64,000 nucleotides of DNA, taken from contig JAWQFM010000020.1 in assembly GCA_033442325.1 (NCBI GenBank), positions 969,863-1,033,862 on the forward strand, written 5' to 3'. Below are positions 57,350 to 64,000 of this stretch, in pieces. The notes below the pieces were generated by a model. The model worked only from the letters and a program-made list of their open reading frames with translations. It was not told the DNA's origin and searched no databases. Both the position numbers and the translations under genes were made by a program. The DNA comes from Salpingoeca rosetta (lineage: Eukaryota > Protista > Choanoflagellata). The number at the start of each line of letters is the position of its first letter. Position 1 is the first letter of the stretch.

Positions 57350-59034
57350 GCAGCAGCAATGACGGCAGCAACAGCAGTGACGCTGCTGGCCACGGCGACC
57401 AATCGAGTGCGCCAGGGGGCGGGCGAGGAAGAGGCCGCCACACTCGTAACAACAGGAGGCGTGGCTTCATGCGTGTGTTGGCGGCAGTGACGCACCGCAA
57501 CCGCAGCAGCCAGAGCACGACCACGGCAGCCCCCACCACCACCCCCAGATCAGCCACCACTGGCAGCGGACCAAGCAGTGGCAGCACGCTGGCAAGATCG
57601 GCATCCATGACTGGAATGGCAACAGGAAGTGGTGGCAAGGATGGCGCGAAACAAGGCGGTGGCGTGTGCAAGGAGCTTGAGGAGTTTATGCGGGAAGCGA
57701 GCGTGCTGTGTCAGATGAAGGACAAGAATGTTGTCGGTTTCATTGGCGTGTGCACGACGCTGCACCCGTTCCTCCTGGTCACGGTGTACTCTGCAAAAGG
57801 GTCACTGCTGTCTCTGCTTCGCGAGCGCAAGGAATCTCTCAATCCACTTCCGCTGTGGGGAAAACTCATGATGGCGCGCGATATTGCTCGCGGCCTGCGC
57901 ACCGTCCACCAGAAGGGATTCGTGCACCGGTGGGTCTAAGGTTGTGTTTGTGTGTTTGTGTATGTGTGTTTGTTTGTTTGTTTGTGTTTAATTTGTTTGT
58001 TTGTTTATGTTTATGTTTATGTTTATGTTTGTGTTTGTGTTTGTGTTTGTTTATGTTTGTGTTTGTTTGTTTGTTTGTTTGTTTGTTTGTTTGACGGACG
58101 ATGTATCCACCTTGTCAATTCGGCTTCAACTCACAATTCGCATGTTCTGCTTCATGCTCTACTTGTTTTTTTTCGTCGACGGACAGTGATATTGCTGCTC
58201 GCAACATTCTCGTGGATGAAGACTTTGTTTGCAAGGTTTGTTGGTGTGCGGGTGCACTCTGTGGTGAACAAGACCTTGGTCTTGTGGGGTTTGTGGATGC
58301 AACCATAGTTTCCTTTGTCACTTCATTTCGTGAACACACTTAGTAACCTTGTCTTGCATCCACGCACGCGCATCCGCCTACACTCATCACACCACCAACA
58401 CCACCTTCATCACGAACACCAACACCACTCCGCGTCTGGACTTTTCAGGTCGCTGACTTTGGGCACGCGCGTGCGAAGACCAACGGGCAGTGCCGCGTGA
58501 CGGATGATCGTGTTGCTGTTGCGTGGACCGCACCGGAAGCACTGGACACGCGCGTATTCTCCGAGCAGACAGACATCTGGTCATACGGTGAGTTGTGTGT
58601 GTACGCACGCAAGTGGTTATGTACATGTGTGTGCCGTTTATGTGTGTTTGTGTGTGGACGTGTGTGTGTGTATGTGTGTGTGTACACGTGCACGTACATG
58701 TGTGTGTGTGTGTGTTGTGACACGCTTGCTTTGTGGTTGGCAACATGTCACCTGCTGCTAATTTAATCCTCCTTCAACAACACTGGTTCCTGTTTCATCG
58801 TCCCTCCGTCCCCCCCCCCCCCCCTTGAAAGGCGTGACGGTGTGGGAGCTGTTCAGCGATGGCACGATGCCGTACCTTGGGCTCAAGAACTCCACCATCT
58901 TCCGCCTCCTGCAGAAGGGGCACCGTCTCGGCAAACCAGACGGATGCCCGCGCGACGTCTACATTGTACGATGACATGGCAATGGGGGCAGGTTCAATGG
59001 GGTTGCTTTCACACTCTTGCTGCACACACGCGCG

Positions 59035-59097
<63 letters not shown>

Positions 59098-61413
59098 CAC
59101 ACACGCACACACACACGCACGCACGCACACTGCACACACACACTGCACACATCGCTCATCTCACGTTCTGCGCTTGCTGGTTGACCCGTGTTCTGGTCCA
59201 CAGCTGATGCTGGCGTGCTGGGCGACGGATCCGAGCGAACGACTGTCGTTTGCCGAAACATGCGACATGCTCGACACTGGTGCGTACACATAGTGAATTG
59301 GAGACAGATACAGGTTACAAAGATGTGTCCGTGTTTGATAGGGGAGAGCACAACCACGAACACTGTGACCCATGAAACTCACATAACCCTCAAACTCACA
59401 CTTCAACACACCCACTCACCAACACTCCCCAACACATGCACGCAATCATACACAGCACTGCAAGGGGCGGAGGTCGCGCCGATGGTGAACGAACAGATGC
59501 AGGTTGTGGAAGAGAATGTGGAGGCGTGGTTGCGACAGAGCCAGGCCTCAGCCACCTCCAACACTGACGGTGGTGATGGTGGCGATGGTGGTGACGATGA
59601 TGACAACGGTGATGGTGATGATCGCGGCCATGGGCGCACGGACGGCGAATGTGGATGCCATGAGGATAGCGGCACTGCTGGCACCAACACGGGCGAGAGC
59701 AGCGGCAGCGTGAACCGCGATGAGCTCTTCTATGCGGGCAGCGGAGGCGCACGCAGCAGCAGCACCGTTGCAAGCGAGGGCATGAAGCGCAACGCTTCCA
59801 GTTGTGTGTCCTTGCATCGCGAGAAATATCATCCCCACCTTCACCTCCCTGGCCTTCGCCATGATCTCTCACGCCGCGGCACAGCAACGCCAAAGGCGCT
59901 CTTGAACGTGCACCTGCAGATCCCAACACGCGAAAGCAACGCATCCAGTGCTGGTTCCAGCAAGCGTGGAAGTGCCGTGCAGCTGCACCCTGATGTCAAG
60001 CAATCACCGCCTCACGACTTTGATCGCCACGCATATGTGGATTTGTTTGAGACGCGCGAGACTGTTGTTGCCAGCAACAGCTCTTCACACAACGCAAGCC
60101 AGGTTGGTGGTGGAAGACTGTGCGTGTGCACGCTCGTGTGTATGTGTGTGTGTGTGTATACGCTTGTGCACAGCTGAGCTTCCTGTTTTGCTGCCTTTGT
60201 GTGCTCCGCACAACGTTTGATCTACCTTACTGGTGGTGATGCTTGTCACTTACCCTGCTGCGACGTTATCGTCCGTGTGTTCACTGCTCCTGTTGTGCGT
60301 GTGCGTGTGCGTGTGCGTGTTGCGCCATTGCGTCTGATAGCGGTCCTCTCAGGCGGTGGAACAAGAGGAGAGACACGACGCGACTTCAACGGAGGAACGC
60401 AGCGATCGCGCACAGTCGCAGCAAGTCATTCGCGTAGAGACTGAATCAGCTGATGATGATGACGACGATGGTAGCGATGATGAGAACAGCGATGGTGTTG
60501 GTAGTGATCATGATGCTGCTCGGCGTCCTGCCAGCCGTGATGATCGCGACGGACGGAGGAAGAGCAGTGTTGCCGGTACTGGACAAATTGCGATTGTGGC
60601 TGTTGAAAGCGAGGAACACAAAGACGCCAGTGACAGCGACAGCGATGAGCTGGACGTTGATGACATGCTGACAGCAACAACACCAGCAAGCAGCAGAGGC
60701 AAGCTGGACACCATTGACGAAAGCAGCAGCGATGGTGACATCAGCCGTGATGGCGAACACACGCAAGGCAACTGCAGTGGGGTGCCGAAGTCAAGGAGCC
60801 ACAGGGAACAGCACCAACGCCGCCAACACGGAGTGGATTTCAGCTTCTCGCGGCACCCGTTTGTGAAGACGAATGCAGTGGTGAGCGACTCTGCTGCTTC
60901 CAGCTCCACACTCGCCAGCGTCATGTCAGTGGCTGCACTGGCCACTGCGCCTGCTGACAATGTTGCTGCGACGTCCCCTGATGATGTGGATGGCGGTGAT
61001 GTGCGTGGCGATGATGACGAGTTGTCTTACGCTGCAAAGGACGCGAGGGCGAGCAGTGCATCTCTTTCACTGATGCAGATGCACACGGATCACGTCACGC
61101 CCGTGCGGTATGCCCGATCAATGCCGCATCACACGCCAGCGGCGCAGCAGAAGCAGCAGAAGCAGCAGAAACAGCGCAAGCGGCGACGAAAGCAGCAAGT
61201 GCCGACGCTTGGCAAGTCAGCAAGCGATGGGTCCATGTCGGCAAGGCCACTTTCTTCGGCAGTGGAGGTGGATACGCCCGTGCTCGCGTCGATGCTGCAG
61301 CAGACGCTGCACGACAGCTCACAACGTACGCGATCAGGTGTGTTTGGTTTGGTTTGTTTGTTTTGGTTTGTTTGTGCAGTGTTGCGATGCACTGTGGCTC
61401 CTCGTGTGTCAGA

Positions 61414-61494
<81 letters not shown>

Positions 61495-62572
61495 CACTCA
61501 CTCCTGTTGATCCATTTCTCTCGCAACATTCACAGGTCGGACGCTGGGTCCTCGCCAAGCCACCGTCGCCAAGTTGATGGCCGCACGAAGCAGAATGACG
61601 TCCAACATACCCCTCACCAGAGCGTGAGTGCATTTCTTGCGCGTGTGGTTGTTCGTGTGTGATATACTTTTTGTGTTTTGCACGTACATGATGGACATGA
61701 GAGATGGGAGAGGCTTGCATGGACCACTGATATGAGATCTGTGTCATCGTGTGACTTGACGTTTTGTTTCTCATGTAATTTGTATCTTGCTGGTTCTGCT
61801 CCCCCTCGGCTGTGTCTTCCACGCCGCCGAATCCAGCGACATGATGGCAGAGGTGCGTCGGACACGTTGATCGTGTCAGCAGCTCATTGTACATCATGCG
61901 CATGTATGCACATTGTGGTGTCCTCGTCTGCTGGAACTTGTCGAGCCCGCCCCCTCCACCTCCAAACCACACCGCCACCGTTGCTGAGTGTCACTACAAC
62001 AATTAAACACACCCAATACATGCTCGCACACGTGCTCACACATCCTTACACGCGTGCTCGCTCGAACACACACGTGCACACATGCACCGATGTGACAGCT
62101 GGAGATGACGGCCTTTGCGAAATCGGACGACAGCACGGAAGCGCGGCGGCGGCGGATCTCTGGTCCGGAATCGCCAATCATGATGGAGAGACCAGCGCTT
62201 GCACGCATGCAGGACTGGATGCGACAGGCAACTCTGAAGGAGGAGGAGGCGGAGACAGAGGATGACGACAGCAACAACAATGGGGACAGAAACGATGGTG
62301 GTGTGCGTGACAACGGTGGTCGGGATGGAGGAGGTGATGTTATGCCTGGCGAGGCAAATAGCAGCGAGCGCAGAGAGGAAGCAGAAGTAATCGAGATGAA
62401 CGAAGTGTTTGACATTCAGAATACACCCAACGGCAAGCCCAACAGCCCTCAGCAACAACAACAGCAGCAACAACAACAACAGCAGCAGCAACAACGCCGC
62501 CAGCCCTCTCCTCTGATGCAACAGTTGAATGAGAGCGCGCTGTCAACATCGTATCAGGTGTCCCTGTGCTGA
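49676..62572 (+). CDS. Receptor-type tyrosine kinase with signal peptide and tandem Venus-flytrap (ANF-receptor/PBP1) domains; long disordered C-tail
   Basis: Hydrophobic N-terminus [18 protein letters not shown]; VFT motifs [51 protein letters not shown]; kinase EEFMREA, FVHR|[28 protein letters not shown]|[23 protein letters not shown]. No TM segment or kinase subdomains I-II were found (see findings). Confidence 0.75.
57190..57360 (+). repeat. Coding (AAC)n repeat encoding poly-Asn
   Basis: Directly visible aacaacaac runs in frame. Confidence 0.9.
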
Positions 62573-63429
62573 GGAGCCGATCATGCTGGGCGTGTCGTAG
62601 TTGTTGTGGTGGTGGCAGTCACAGCAATGGTGGTCGTTACAGTGGTGGTCGATGCGTTAGTGTTGTGTGCCTGCATCGTGCATTGTATCGCCACAGCATG
62701 TTGTTTTGTTCCGTAAATGCTGTGCATTGATTCCTTTGGCCATTAGCGCGTCTGTTGTTGGCTGGCTCACATGAGACAGCGCCTGTTGCTTTGATCTGTT
62801 ACTGCCTGTTCTGTTTCAATTTTAGTCCGTAGAAATGTGATAGATGATGCTTGTGCTCTGATGTTTTGTGGTGTGCTTGCTGTATTGTCACACATGCCCC
62901 CTTACGTTTGACAAGCAGGCAAGCTGGTAGTAACTGCCCCCTCCTTCAAATACAAGCAAAAGCGAATTCGCATCCACGCAACCAAAACGAGTCTGTTGTA
63001 TTGTGTTGTTGGACACTGGAGGCAACAAAACTCTGGTCTTGTGCGTCTTCGAGAACAGCAGTTTGGGAGAGGAGGGGGACCTATCAGACAGAGCGGAGAC
63101 AAAGCAAAAGGAAGCTAACTTGGACCTTGATCTTGAAACGGGCGGCTAAAGACACATGAACCCGACAACATATGAAGTCAATTGTTGAAACGGGCGATGT
63201 GAGATGGAAAGAAGGCAAAAGGAAGACCGGAAGACCGACGGAAGATTGGACAAGGTGATGAATAGAAAGATAAAGTTGATGCACCATGTTGGTGATTGGA
63301 GTGCGATCGGGTTGTGGTGTGATGTGACGTGGTGCTTGGCAATGGACAATGAAAACGCCCCAACAAAGCGTGTGCTGTTGGCTGGTTGGTTGCTTGGCAA
63401 CCGGGAGGGCTGGACTTCCATCGTGCCGG

Positions 63430-64000
63430 CTATGCGCTCGTTTCTGTGTCGATGTCAATGTAGCAGATTTTGAAGTGTGGGCGTGTGAGCAGTCACGAAG
63501 GAATCCCACAGCAGCAGTGAGTGTGCGTGTGTGTGTGTGTGGGGGGGGGGGTGCTGGGACAAGGGTTCGGGCGAATAACATGAAGAAGACAATATCATCG
63601 TATGGGGAGAGGGTGTTGTATGTGTCATCTCAACGTTGCACAGCACGCACTTACCCGCCAATTCCGCAAGCTCTTCGCCAATGTCCACCAAAACCTTTGG
63701 AAAATAAAACCACGCAGGCGAGGTGATGAGAGGATGAGGTGGGAAAAGAGGACAACAAGTGACAGACCCACAGCAAACGACAACACGGACGAAGAAATGT
63801 CACCGTCACACAAATACACAACGTCAAGCACACATACACACGCACACACACACACACACACACAATATCATGCACACACATACATACACACGCACACACA
63901 CACACACCTGGTGGACCATGTGCACGGATGGCCGGTCTGCACGATTTGCCTTCCAGCAGTCCACCATGAGCTCCCACAACTCATCCGGGCACATGTCGGG
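63430..64000 (-). CDS. 3' end of a second protein kinase, probably tyrosine-kinase type (gene continues beyond window)
   Basis: Reverse strand 64000-63909: PDMCPDELWELMVDCWKANRADRPSVHMVHQ (subdomains X-XI); exon ~63654-63693 VLVDIGEELAELA; probable last exon ETSA* ending at 63430. Confidence 0.75.

Overview
Compact, intron-rich eukaryotic genomic DNA. Most introns carry (GT)n/(CA)n microsatellites and there is one 100-N gap. Gene content (tyrosine kinases, a trithorax/MLL1-type methyltransferase, intact threonine biosynthesis, EFCAB10) and the repeat-laden introns point to a choanoflagellate such as Salpingoeca; this is an inference. Joining exons by eye at GT-AG sites gives 13 genes: M28 aminopeptidase (5'-truncated), secreted metzincin protease with PPC-like repeats, acyl-protein thioesterase, GST kappa, EFCAB10-like protein, trithorax/MLL1-like H3K4 methyltransferase, ADI1, a homoserine kinase-threonine synthase fusion, an ankyrin protein with a C-terminal hydrophobic tail, UXS1, an intronless FAD monooxygenase, a multi-Venus-flytrap tyrosine kinase, and the 3' end of a second kinase. 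Most ORFs in the supplied track are microsatellite artefacts. The most striking observations are: (1) an apparent RAMA (predicted modified-adenine reader) domain upstream of the PHD fingers of the MLL1-like protein, with no CXXC found; (2) an in-frame ThrB-ThrC fusion with a putative tail anchor; (3) a tyrosine kinase with tandem VFT domains, one retaining the class C GPCR amino-acid-binding signature; (4) two bacterial-looking HGT candidates. All domain calls are by motif recognition and none was checked by database search.
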